Assembly (NCBI RefSeq): GCF_001194135.2
Contig: NC_068994.1
Coordinates: forward strand, 41,858,189-41,922,188
DNA length: 64,000 nucleotides
Source of the DNA: Octopus bimaculoides
Lineage: Eukaryota
Direction of reading: 5' to 3'
Shown here one piece after another: positions 26,659 through 39,074 of this stretch. Within the stretch, counting starts at the first letter, position 1; every line of letters starts with the position of its first letter. The notes below the pieces were generated by a model, which was not told where the DNA came from, ran no database searches, and saw only the letters and a program-made list of their open reading frames with translations. The position numbers were made by a program, and so were the translations under genes.

Positions 26659-26859
26659 GCTTCAAATTTTGGCACAAGGCCAGCAATTTCAGAGGAGGGA
26701 TAAGTTGATTACAACAACCCCGGTTTTCAACTGGTATTTATTTTGTAAACCCTGAAAGTACGAAAAGCAAAGTTGAACTCGGTGGAATTTGAATTGAGAA
26801 TGTAAGGACAGACAAAATGCCACTAAGCATATTACTAACAGTTTTTCCAGCTTGCCACT
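26659..26859 (-). mobile_element. SINE family B with 16-bp target-site duplication
   Basis: ggtgttgtaaataatg (26643-26658) and ggtgctgtaaataatg (27015-27030) flank the SINE plus the adjoining MITE. Confidence 0.8.
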
Positions 26860-26863
26860 TTAA

Positions 26864-27010
26864 CCTTTTCATTACTGTATTTATTTTAAGATGCTCTGTG
26901 TTTCTTTCAATTACTTTAAATATAACAAAGAATTTAATTCAAAACTTATGAAGACAAGACATTTGTACTCAGAGCCAGAACCGGTTTCAGCCGGGTTGGT
27001 AACAAAAGGG
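26864..27010. mobile_element. piggyBac-type MITE (147 bp)
   Basis: TTAA at 26860-26863 and 27011-27014; imperfect TIRs ccttttcattac / gtaacaaaaggg. Confidence 0.7.
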
Positions 27011-28327
27011 TTAAGGTGCTGTAAATAATGCCATTTATTCCCTGCACTTCCCATTGAATCCCTACTACTGTCACTTATCACCTCTTCCACCTTGACTTAC
27101 CTCTATTTCCTTCACTTCACTCTACACCCCCAAACTGATAATCAATGGGTCTACCTCAATCCCTTATCTCTAATCATCTTTCACACTATTTCCCTTCTAG
27201 TGCACTTACCTACCCCTTCAAGTCCTCTATACCTGTTCTCTTTCTTATATTCAGCTTATACCTTGAAGGTGTGTCTCTCTCTCTTCTGCTTTCCTGCTGG
27301 GAAGGTCTTGCGTTTACCTCTTTAGCAAGAGACCTGTTCCTATCCTTTTAACATACTTTCACCTCCTTCAATACTATACCCCATTCAGTTAAGGGGTCCT
27401 GTCCTGCAAGTATATGGTAACATGTGCTGATGCCATGAAAAGAGCACCAAGTACATGCTGTAAAAGGGTTGGCATTCAAAAGGGCATCCAAGTGTAGAAA
27501 CATGCCAAAGTAGACATTGGAGTTCAATACAGTCTTCTGGCTGGTCAGTTCCTGTCAGACAGTCCAGCATGGAAAAAGACACGTTAAATGAAGATAAAGA
27601 TAAAGACAAAGATGATAATGATGAATGATAAGAATCTTTCTGAAATATATTTGTTATTTATTAAGTTTTGTTATAAGTTTGTATCTTAAAGAAACGAAGG
27701 TAACATTAGTTTTGTTTAGATGAATTAAATGTCAGTCAAAAATTCGGCATTTTATATGAATGGTTTAACTTGAGAATTTAGCTTGCAAACTGAGAGACAT
27801 ACCTTATTATGTTTTTATCATCAATTTAGGAATCAAATTTCTGTGACTATATACTTTAGTTGCACTTGGTTACATTATAGAATTAACAGGAGAGGTCTGC
27901 TATAGTTTTAGTTTCAGATTCTAATACATCATATATAATCAATATTCTTGGTATTTATTACATTACTGCATACAATGTTACCGAAATACAAGACTATTTA
28001 GAGCAAACAAAATAGCTGTAACTTGCCAAGAAAATAAATGAAAAGTTTCTCATAAAATTCTTAATTACAGCCCAATTATAAATAATTGAATTTGATAAAT
28101 TTATATATTCATTAATTTCAAGTGATGACAGTAGGTAAAATAAAATTTCAATATTAATAAGTTATAGATTTAATGCTGTTAGAATGTTCATGTTATTATA
28201 TTACTACAGTTATATAATCTCCTAAAATGATTTCTTTGACCATATAATAGTAGCATATGACTGGTTTGAAATGTGATAAAGTAACAATGAATATTATTAT
28301 TATTATTACTATCATTATTATTATTGA

Positions 28328-29220
28328 TAAGGCAGCAAGCTGGCAGAATCATTAGCACACCAGGTGAAATGCTTAGCGTTATTTCTTCTGCTGCTACAGG
28401 TCAACTTTGCCTTTCATCCTTTTGGGATCAGTAGATTAAGTACCAGTTCCATACTGGAGTTGGTCTAATTAAGTGGCCCCCTCTTCAAAATGTTCAGGCC
28501 TTGTGCCCAGAGAAGAAAAGATTATTAATAAAGTAGTGAGCTGGCAGAATCATTAGCATACCAGGTGAAAAGCATAGTGGTATTTCGTCTGCAGCTATGG
28601 TCTGAGTTCAAATTCCACTGAGGTCAACTTTGCCTTTCACCCTTTTGAGGTAAATGAAATAAGTACCAGTCACGTACTGGGGTCGATGTAATCGACTATC
28701 CTTCTTCCCTCAAAATTTTCAAGGCCTTGTGCCTAGAGAAGAAATAATTATTATCATTATTATTATTAATAAGGTGGTGAGCTGGCAGAATCGTTAGCAC
28801 ACCAGGTGAAATTTTTAGCAGTATTTCGTCTGCCGCTATATTCTAAGTTCAAATTCTGCTGAGGTCAACTTTGCCGTTCATCCTTTCAGGGTCAATGAAT
28901 TAAATATTGGGGTTGATGTGACTAACTGTCCCTCCTCTCCACAAAATCTAGGCCTTGTGCCTATAGTACAAAGGATTATTATTATCATTATTATTACTAA
29001 TTAGGCAGCAAGCTGGTAGAATAGTTAGCATGCCAGGCAAAATGCTTAGTGTTATTTCATCTGTCTTTACGTTCTGAGTTCAAATTCTGCTGAGGTCAGC
29101 TTTGCCTTTCATTCTTACAAGATTGATGAAATAAGTGCCAGTTGAGTATTGTGGCCGATGGAATCGACTTGCTCCCTTCCTTGAAACTGCTGGCTTTGTG
29201 CCAAAATCTGAAATCATTAT
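28328..29220 (+). mobile_element. Head-to-tail array of four SINE family B copies
   Basis: Copies start near 28328, 28531, 28771 and 29002, separated only by short (TTA)n tracts. Confidence 0.9.
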
Positions 29221-30217
29221 AATTTTTATTATCATTATTCACCAGCACCAGCACCAGCACCACCTTCATCATCATCATCATCATTTTAATGCTGTAGATG
29301 CAAGGCAACAGAGGTGACACACCCTGGTTAATGCTTTTGTGGAGGCCACATTTTTGGGTCTGCTGTATAAGCCTATATAAGGTCAGTGAATGGGGGCAGC
29401 AGCATGGGGAAGGTTCAGGAACTTTCCTGAACAGCACACAGTCTAGCCGTGCCACTGTTTTAATGTCCTCTTTTCCATATTCACATTTTGTACGTTAAAT
29501 TCCCTCACAGGTCAGTGGTAAACCTTGGGTTATAATAAAAAGAGCCACTTTACAAGCCACAGTGTTTGTTCAAAACAGTTGGTATTATGTTCTGCTGTAT
29601 GTATTGATTCCAAAGCCAGTAAACAGAGAGATTTCATAATTAATGTGTTTCAAATGATTTGCTTTCCTTTATTTATTTATACAGCCATTTATTATTTAAC
29701 ACAATTATTTTGTTGTTTTTTATATTGAATACGTACCTCTGCGGTTGGCCAGGGATTACTCAATGGAAAGAAATATGTATTTTATAAGTTTCATCAGCTT
29801 AACAATATAAAAATAAAACTACCAGTGATAGCACAGATTGATGACAAATATATTACAATCATGGGGAGAGACATCAGTAAGTATTTTACATTATAGAATT
29901 GGTGATGATGGAGATTATGGTGGTTAAAGAATCAACAATGATATCATCAATGCAGGATGGAATGGAGCAGGAGTCAGATGTATGGATGATTGAATTTTCA
30001 TGATTTATCATTGTCATGATTTTTAAGCCACTTCCTTTTTGTCCTCCTCATCATCATCCTTGTTGTCACTATGCTCTTCTTTTACTTCCTCCTCCCTCTC
30101 CTCCTTCACCTCCTCCTCCTTCAACTCGTTGCCGTCACCATTTATCATCGTCATCCATATCACAGTCCCCCATTTATCATTGCAGTCCTTATTATCATCA
30201 CCATCATTGTCATCATT

Positions 30218-30262
<45 letters not shown>

Positions 30263-30779
30263 TCACCAGCACTATCAGCATCATTGCCATTATCATCATG
30301 TTGTCCTCACTGTCACCATCATTGTCTTCATCGTCATCTTCATCGTCATTGTTATCATCATATTCATCATCATCCTCATATTCATTGTCCTCATCATCAT
30401 TATCATTATCATTATCATTATCATCATCATCATTGTTATCATAGAACAAAATTGAAGACATTATCAAAATTGTTATCATATTCATTTCTAACAAAGGTGC
30501 AAGTTCCGAAATCCAGGTGAGCAGAGGGAGAAATGGCGATTATATTCTCATTGACCCAGGAGAGATAAAGTTGACCTTGGTGGGGTTTGATCTAAAATTG
30601 AAGTGACTCAGGACAAATACTGTGAAGCATCCTCTCTGATGTTCCAATAACTCAACTGACCGACTGTCCTTTAAATTTTTCACACCATGAAACAGTTTTA
30701 TAAATATCTATGAAGTTAGGTATCTAAAGTTAGGTATATAAATAGCAATAAGAATATTAAAAATTTCTTCAAGTTTCAC

Positions 30780-31000
30780 TAATGCTCCTCTTCTAAGTGG
30801 ACACCTTACTTGTCACTGAGGTTTCGTGACATGAAGCAAAGCAGGCCTTGCTGTCCACTCAAGAAAACATATAACAAAGGATCCACAAACACTCGAGTAA
30901 ACTGAATCTTTTACTTGTTCCATTTGCCAAAAGGGTTTCAAGGCATTAGCAGGCCCTCAAGAGACACATTTTAGAACATGATTACTACTTTATTTTACTG
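30780..31000 (+). mobile_element. Decayed RTE-type LINE ORF 3' end with a C2H2 zinc finger
   Basis: 30916-30979 reads CSICQKGFKALAGLKRHILEH (C-x2-C-x12-H-x3-H) after removing one C. Upstream broken frames resemble the RTE C-terminal W..LVTE..RHEAK motif. Confidence 0.5.
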
Positions 31001-31125
31001 GACCCTCATTTGTCATTCACAAAAAGAGAATCCATCATTATAAATGTGTGTGTGTGTGCGCATGCATATATATGTATATATATACATGCACATACATATA
31101 TATATATATACATATACATATATAT

Positions 31126-31168
<43 letters not shown>

Positions 31169-31647
31169 NNNNNNNNNNNNNNNNNNNNNNNNNNNNNNNN
31201 NNNNNNNNNNNNNNNNNNNNNNNNNNNNNNNNNNNNNNNNNNNNNNNNNNNNNNNNNNNNNNNNNNNNNNNNNNNNNNNNNNNNNNNNNNNNNNNNNNNN
31301 NNNNNNNNNNNNNNNNNNNNNNNNNNNNNNNNNNNNNNNNNNNNNNNNNNNNNNNNNNNNNNNNNNNNNNNNNNNNNNNNNNNNNNNNNNNNNNNNNNNN
31401 NNNNNNNNNNNNNNNNNNNNNNNNNNNNNNTATATATATATATAAAACAAAAAAACAAAACAACAAAAAACAAAAAAACAAACAAACAGGACACAGTAGT
31501 GTGTCGATAAGCCAGCTGGAGGAGATGTCCTCCTGGGGCTAAAAGCAACAGTAACATCCACCCCTAGGGGTCAGCCACACTTAAGTGGCAATATACTTCA
31601 CTTTATCGTGCAGTTACTGTTAATACTTCATTTAGAGAATTAACATT

Positions 31648-31763
31648 GCTTGGCGTTAGGAAGGGCATCCAGCTGTAGAAACTCTGCCAAATCAGACTGG
31701 AGCCTGGTGTTGCCATCCGGTTTCACCAGTCCTCAGTCAAATCGTCCAACCCATGCTAGCATG
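31648..31763 (+). mobile_element. Fragment of repeat family C (tggcgttaggaagggcatccagctg...catgctagcatg; (ATG)n-tailed retro-type element)
   Basis: Reverse complement of the copies at 46000 and 50765. Confidence 0.75.
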
Positions 31764-31769
31764 ATATAT

Positions 31770-31930
31770 GGGAGAATTTACATAAAAACAACAGACGAAG
31801 ACAGGTGGTGTAAACAACAAATGGATGTATTAGTATAACGCTCGGGAATAGAGAAAGTCTTTAACGTTTCGACCCTACGCTCTTCAATAGAAAGGAACAC
31901 AAAAAGAAACAAGGAGAGAAAAAAGAAATA
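31770..31930 (-). mobile_element. Penelope-like terminal-repeat fragment with hammerhead-topology motif (31859-31894)
   Basis: Homologous to 4360-4530 and 34210-34400. Confidence 0.55.
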
Positions 31931-31931
31931 C

Positions 31932-31964
<33 letters not shown>

Positions 31965-32612
31965 TATATATATGTGTGTGTATATATATGTACGTATGTA
32001 TATGTATATGCATTTCAGTTATAGGGGTCCATTAAGAGTCAAGTCATCGTATGAACATGAAGCTTGCCATTAATTGGCTAGACAAAATCACATGGTATAC
32101 AAAATATTTAAAGAATAAAATGTATAATGTGGTATAAAATTTAAAAAAGCGTATTTATGAGTGTTGTTACAATTGTTTCATAGGAAATTTTTATCTTGAT
32201 GTAAGCAAAAAACATTTATTCTGTCTATGCATTACACAATGCAACTCCTAAGCTGATCAGGCAACTTCTCAAAATGGAATGACACAATGACTTGTTGAAT
32301 AATTCATTGATTCTCAGCAAATGGAATTATAATTTAAATATGGATATTTAAGATGTACAAAGTGGGAGTATCCAGATACTGTCACTGAATGATAGCACAC
32401 AGTAATAAGTATAAAGACAGTTATTGTCACTCAGATAAAAAGATAAAAGAAAGTTGGAGAAAAATATTTATAGTCGATAAGCAGACATTTGGTATTAAGA
32501 ACACATTAACTCCATTTAGACATGTTCTGGTGCCATCATTGACAATGTCCTTTAAAACATTTTTTTAAATTTCTTTATATATACATACACACAGAGAGAC
32601 AAACAAACAGAC

Positions 32613-32711
<99 letters not shown>

Positions 32712-33748
32712 AATCTATTTACTTATTTTATTTCATACATACATACATAAATACATACACACATACATACATACATACATACATACATACATACACACAT
32801 ACATACATACATACATACATGTCTGTCAATCTTTCAGCAGCAGCATCAATTAACAATAAGCAACAACTTCAGCCACAGCAGCTCTTTGTAATTTAACAGT
32901 TATTTCTCCACTTTCTTGTTGTTCAATCCCCATTTCAGCCCAATGGAACAAATCTTCTATCGAATATGTTCCAGCCATAAACACTACATCTTTTCCATTG
33001 CCTATCTAAGACTACATTATTTATGTGTCCACCTCACTCCAACTTTGACAGGATGCATTTCGTTAAAAAAGATATTTGTTTACTATTTCTATCATGTTGA
33101 GGAACCACTTGCTAGAAGCTGTCTTCAGGATTCATCTATAAATACTAATATTATACTCTTATAATATAAATTATAAATTCTTCCCTGAAAAAATGCAGTA
33201 TTCTATATACCCACCGTACATAACGCTATACTATCTTACTTTTAAAATATAATATATCAAATTAATAAAAAAGATATGTTTCATAAAACAATAATGCCAG
33301 AGGTTTTCTAATGGCTAATGGCATACAGTTGCTTATTATGGGGCTACTAGCTGACCACGTGCCATCAATAATAATGGCTAATTGTAGTATTTTATATATA
33401 AATAAGGTACAAATAAGGAACATAATAAACACACATACAAACATTCACATACTACCCTTGTACAATCACACACATACACACATATACTCACACAGAGTTG
33501 AAATACTGATTGTTTTTCACCTATTCCTTCCTAATTCATCTATCACCCCCTTCCTTTTTCTCATTGCTGTTACTTTCTCTCACTCGCTCTCAGTAAGGGC
33601 TTTTACTCTCACTACTTCTCCTTCAATGAACTACTATTTTCTCTCCTCTACATCCGGTGTGATTCTGGACAAATATATAAATATAAACAAATATATAAAA
33701 ACACTCATTAATATGTTAGGAGATTATTATGTGTGTGTATGTATATAC

Positions 33749-33782
<34 letters not shown>

Positions 33783-34209
33783 NNNNNNNNNNNNNNNNNN
33801 NNNNNNNNNNNNNNNNNNNNNNNNNNNNNNNNNNNNNNNNNNNNNNNNNNNNNNNNNNNNNNNNNNNNNNNNNNNNNNNNNNNNNNNNNNNNNNNNNNNN
33901 NNNNNNNNNNNNNNNNNNNNNNNNNNNNNNNNNNNNNNNNNNNNNNNNNNNNNNNNNNNNNNNNNNNNNNNNNNNNNNNNNNNNNNNNNNNNNNNNNNNN
34001 NNNNNNNNNNNNNNNNNNNNNNNNNNNNNNNNNNNNNNNNNNNNNNNNTAAATAGAGGAACTATTAGTTCTAAATCTCTGAACGAGAAACGTGCAGTAAC
34101 AGAACTATAGAATAAAGTTTATTTGCCACCTTAAAGTCGTAGTCCTAACCAGGACTGCCACTTTAAGTTGGCAATTAAACTTTACTCATATATATATATA
34201 TATATATAT

Positions 34210-34713
34210 AGGGAGAATTCACAAAAAAAACAAAAGACGAAGACAAGTGGTGTAGAAAACAAACAGATGTATTAGTATAATGCTCAGGAATTGAAAAAGT
34301 CTTTAACGTTTCGAGCCTACACTCTTCTACAGAAAGGAACACAGAAAGAAACAAGGAAACAAACAAGCAGAGAAACAAAAAATGTGTAGTGGTTAGCGAT
34401 CTATCATGGGGATTCTTGGTTTTTTTTTTTTTCCTTATTGGGTAGGATGGTTGTTGCAGAGTGGAGAGTAGGGTGAAAATGGAGGTGGAAACCTTTAGGG
34501 ATGAGGCGGTGATGTAAGGAGCAACTGAGAAACGAAATGTGGCTAGAGAAATGAGCTTTTTTGAAAATGAGTAAAGAAAGGTTAATGGAAGGCTGAAAGC
34601 AATGGGAAGGAAGTGTGCAGAAGTGTTGTTTTAGGTGGTTGTGAAGAGTGAGGAGGAAAGATTTGTAGTCTGCCATGGTAGTACAATGAGAAAAATGAAA
34701 AAAATATGTATAT
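34210..34713 (-). mobile_element. Penelope-like element fragment: ORF N-terminus (ATG at 34676) followed by a terminal repeat with hammerhead-topology motif (34301-34336)
   Basis: MADYKSFLLTLHNHLKQHF...FKKAHFSSHISFLSCSLHHRLIPKGFHLHFHP resembles the PLE N-terminal R.xxH.xFL..C....IPKG motif (from memory; not searched). Confidence 0.55.
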
Positions 34714-35508
34714 NNNNNNNNNNNNNNNNNNNNNNNNNNNNNNNNNNNNNNNNNNNNNNNNNNNNNNNNNNNNNNNNNNNNNNNNNNNNNNNNNNNNNNN
34801 NNNNNNNNNNNNNNNNNNNNNNNNNNNNNNNNNNNNNNNNNNNNNNNNNNNNNNNNNNNNNNNNNNNNNNNNNNNNNNNNNNNNNNNNNNNNNNNNNNNN
34901 NNNNNNNNNNNNNNNNNNNNNNNNNNNNNNNNNNNNNNNNNNNNNNNNNNNNNNNNNNNNNNNNNNNNNNNNNNNNNNNNNNNNNNNNNNNNNNNNNNNN
35001 NNNNNNNNNNNNNNNNNNNNNNNNNNNNNNNNNNNNNNNNNNNNNNNNNNNNNNNNNNNNNNNNNNNNNNNNNNNNNNNNNNNNNNNNNNNNNNNNNNNN
35101 NNNNNNNNNNNNNNNNNNNNNNNNNNNNNNNNNNNNNNNNNNNNNNNNNNNNNNNNNNNNNNNNNNNNNNNNNNNNNNNNNNNNNNNNNNNNNNNNNNNN
35201 NNNNNNNNNNNNNNNNNNNNNNNNNNNNNNNNNNNNNNNNNNNNNNNNNNNNNNNNNNNNNNNNNNNNNNNNNNNNNNNNNNNNNNNNNNNNNNNNNNNN
35301 NNNNNNNNNNNNNNNNNNNNNNNNNNNNNNNNNNNNNNNNNNNNNNNNNNNNNNNNNNNNNNNNNNNNNNNNNNNNNNNNNNNNNNNNNNNNNNNNNNNN
35401 NNNNNNNNNNNNNNNNNNNNNNNNNNNNNNNNNNNNNNNNNNNNNNNNNNNNNNNNNNNNNNNNNNNNNNNNNNNNNNNNNNNNNNNNNNNNNNNNNNNN
35501 NNNNNNNN

Positions 35509-35545
<37 letters not shown>

Positions 35546-35834
35546 CATATGTATGCATATGTGTGTACATGTATATATGTACAGATATGTATGTATATAT
35601 ATGAAGAAACACATGCAAAGTGTGCATGCATAAATATGTTGTAAAAATATTACAATAAACATCACAACAAAACAATCTCTTGAGGTAAGTTATGAGAATG
35701 ATTTTGCTTGCATCAAGTTTAAGTTGTCCCGAATATTCTCACAAGAACCAAAAAAAGGTAATGTAAATTGTGTATTTGAAACAACTGTTAGTGCATGTGT
35801 CACATGCAAGGAACATAAAGATAAGTAGTTTCCT

Positions 35835-35960
35835 TAACATATTATTTCATAATATTAACATATTATTTCACATATTATTAACATATTATTTCATAATATT
35901 AACATATTATTTCACATATTATTAACATATTATTTCATATTAACATATTATTTCAAAATA
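35835..35960. repeat. AT-rich minisatellite with alternating 21/23-nt units (taacatattatttca core), 6 units
   Basis: Direct reading. Confidence 0.9.
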
Positions 35961-36572
35961 TATTCAAGCAACAGATATTTCAAGGGAAACATGTTCAAAT
36001 TACAAGTTGAATGATTGGAAACATGTAACACAGAGTACTGAAGTTATGAGCTTTTCCGTTGTAAAGTATAAAAGAATATTCCTTGCTTGTATATTGAATT
36101 CTGCAATTTATCACTCTTAGTGAATCACAGCAATTTTATATATATGTGGGTGTATATATACAAAGGTAGATAGCCAGATAGACAGGTAGATAGATAGATA
36201 AATAGATAGATAGATATATAGATAAATAGATAGATAGATAAATACATACATACATACATACATACATACATACATACATACATACATAATCATAAAAGGG
36301 TATGAGAGGCGAATATAGATTTATTATTTCCTTATGATTTCCATATGATTATAGCTGTTTTGTAATCCTCTCCATGCAGTATTATTAACTTCAGCGTTAT
36401 AAACTATATATCAATACACATGTTTAGCATTATATAATACAATTATATATTCACAGAGAGTTGTATAATAGAGAAAACTAACTTGTCTTATAATAGATGG
36501 TGGAATATAATGGATACATCCTAGATACTGGATTCAACTCTTTCGCTTTCTCTCATTATCCACCTCCTTTGT

Positions 36573-36607
<35 letters not shown>

Positions 36608-36608
36608 A

Positions 36609-36674
<66 letters not shown>

Positions 36675-36714
36675 GTTACAGAGAAAGGGGAGAGAGATGG
36701 ATGGATAAATAGAC

Positions 36715-36749
<35 letters not shown>

Positions 36750-37231
36750 TAGATAGATAGATAGATAGATAGATATACACATAGCACACATACATACATA
36801 CATACATACATGCATACATACATAAAATTGTGCATTGGTAAACTGAATCATGTTATATCCATCTTATAACCAAAGGATTTGTGTCTTTGACCAGATTCTA
36901 TATCTAAAAGTTTTATACAATACTAAGGTGAGATATACTTGTCAAAAATGCCATACATGGGTTCAAGCCCACAACCATAAAGTGTCAGAGTGGGCTCCTT
37001 TCCCACATGGCCATCTTTACACTCAAATAGTTATGGTCTTATTTGGTCAAATCCATGCCCTGAAAATTTGTCGTCTTGCACTAATAGGCGCTGGCATGGC
37101 TGTGTGGTAAGAAGCTTGCTTCCCAACCACGTGGTTCCAGGTTTACTCTCACTGCATGGCACCTTCGGCAAGTGTCTTCTACTATAGTCTTATGACTGGA
37201 TTTGGTAGACAGAAACTGAAACAAGTCTGTC

Positions 37232-37291
<60 letters not shown>

Positions 37292-38048
37292 NNNNNNNNN
37301 NNNNNNNNNNNNNNNNNNNNNNNNNNNNNNNNNNNNNNNNNNNNNNNNNNNNNNNNNNNNNNNNNNNNNNNNNNNNNNNNNNNNNNNNNNNNNNNNNNNN
37401 NNNNNNNNNNNNNNNNNNNNNNNNNNNNNNNNNNNNNNNNNNNNNNNNNNNNNNNNNNNNNNNNNNNNNNNNNNNNNNNNNNNNNNNNNNNNNNNNNNNN
37501 NNNNNNNNNNNNNNNNNNNNNNNNNNNNNNNNNNNNNNNNNNNNNNNNNNNNNNNNNNNNNNNNNNNNNNNNNNNNNNNNNNNNNNNNNNNNNNNNNNNN
37601 NNNNNNNNNNNNNNNNNNNNNNNNNNNNNNNNNNNNNNNNNNNNNNNNNNNNNNNNNNNNNNNNNNNNNNNNNNNNNNNNNNNNNNNNNNNNNNNNNNNN
37701 NNNNNNNNNNNNNNNNNNNNNNNNNNNNNNNNNNNNNNNNNNNNNNNNNNNNNNNNNNNNNNNNNNNNNNNNNNNNNNNNNNNNNNNNNNNNNNNNNNNN
37801 NNNNNNNNNNNNNNNNNNNNNNNNNNNNNNNNNNNNNNNNNNNNNNNNNNNNNNNNNNNNNNNNNNNNNNNNNNNNNNNNNNNNNNNNNNNNNNNNNNNN
37901 NNNNNNNNNNNNNNNNNNNNNNNNNNNNNNNNNNNNNNNNNNNNNNNNNNNNNNNNNNNNNNNNNNNNNNNNNNNNNNNNNNNNNNNNNNNNNNNNNNNN
38001 NNNNNNNNNNNNNNNNNNNNNNNNNNNNNNNNNNNNNNNNNNNNNNNN

Positions 38049-38436
38049 AGTTTTCAGAACATTTATAAAGAGAAGGTCTTACAGCTGTTTCTGGGATATT
38101 TTATATATCCCTTCATCAGAGATGGTGAGAGAGAATGTTTAAGTAATAGTTATTATAGAGAAGATATGAAATACAGAATGAAGTGGAGGAATGAAAGCAA
38201 ATGTGAGATACATAAGGATATTATATATACACCATTCTGCAAAAAAATGGAACTGCAGATACAATATCCTTATGTATCTCACGTTTGTTTTCATTCCTCC
38301 ACTTCATTCTGTATTTCATATCTTCTCTATAATAACTATTACTTAAACATTTTCTCACACCAACTCTGATGAAGGGATATATAAAATATTCCGGCAACAG
38401 CTGTAAGACCTTCGCTTTATAAATGTTCTGAAAACT
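38049..38436. repeat. 174-bp inverted repeat (about 95% identical arms, 40-nt spacer) of a PLE-like terminal repeat, with a hammerhead motif in each arm
   Basis: Arms 38049-38222 and 38263-38436, 9 mismatches by manual alignment. The left arm runs into an N-gap. Confidence 0.9.
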
Positions 38437-39026
38437 TCACAACCTTGGATTTTTTATCTCATTCTGTTAATTTTTATATACATACAATAATGAAGGTGGC
38501 TAGACTCAATATAAAACCAAAAAGGAAAATTTCAATTGTCATCGAGGGTGCACGTAGCACCTACAGTGGTAGATACAAGAGTCAAAGACTCTTATGTGTA
38601 AGTGTGTGTGTGTGTGTGTGTGTGTGTATTACTCAAAGAAATTCCAACTTTGTCTGATTTTAATGTTTTATTTACAATCTTATAATAATATAATATAATA
38701 TAATATAATATAATATAATATAATGAAATGATAGAATATTAAATGTCCATTGTGATTGAACCAGTACTTTCATGCATTGAACTATGCAATCTTCAGGTTC
38801 ATGTAGCAGTGGTGACAGTCATGTTTTACAATTTACAACTGTTGTGAGATGGCTAAACTGTGTGCCTTAAATACATTCATATAGTCTTCACACAATCATA
38901 CACACATGTATAGCCGAAATTGCAAGGTTAATCTGGATCTCGACTGAGGAAAGAAAACTCCGAATGACCTGTCCTTGTTTTCTTTGTATCGTCTATCTGG
39001 ATGTTTTGCGTTCTTGTCCCATTCTG

Positions 39027-39074
<48 letters not shown>

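Noticed and set aside
26500-27100. 59-aa minus-strand ORF restored by removing the SINE and MITE, with GTAAGT donor-like sites
   Set aside because: No acceptor. The plus strand resembles a decayed PLE 3' region (TLHP motif, terminal-repeat-like sequence), so this is probably an antisense shadow.
33290-33400. IIIDGTWS (DTW-domain-like motif) on the minus strand
   Set aside because: Following residues do not match DTWD proteins and there is no donor site; treated as coincidence.
35640-35760. Donor-like GAG|gtaagt (35685) and AAG|gtaatg (35758)
   Set aside because: No matching acceptor with an open frame for the first; the intervening 45 nt is too short for an intron; the peptide is unrecognisable.
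38940-38990. CTGAGGA...CGAA...GTC as another hammerhead
   Set aside because: GAAA is absent and stems I and II do not pair convincingly.
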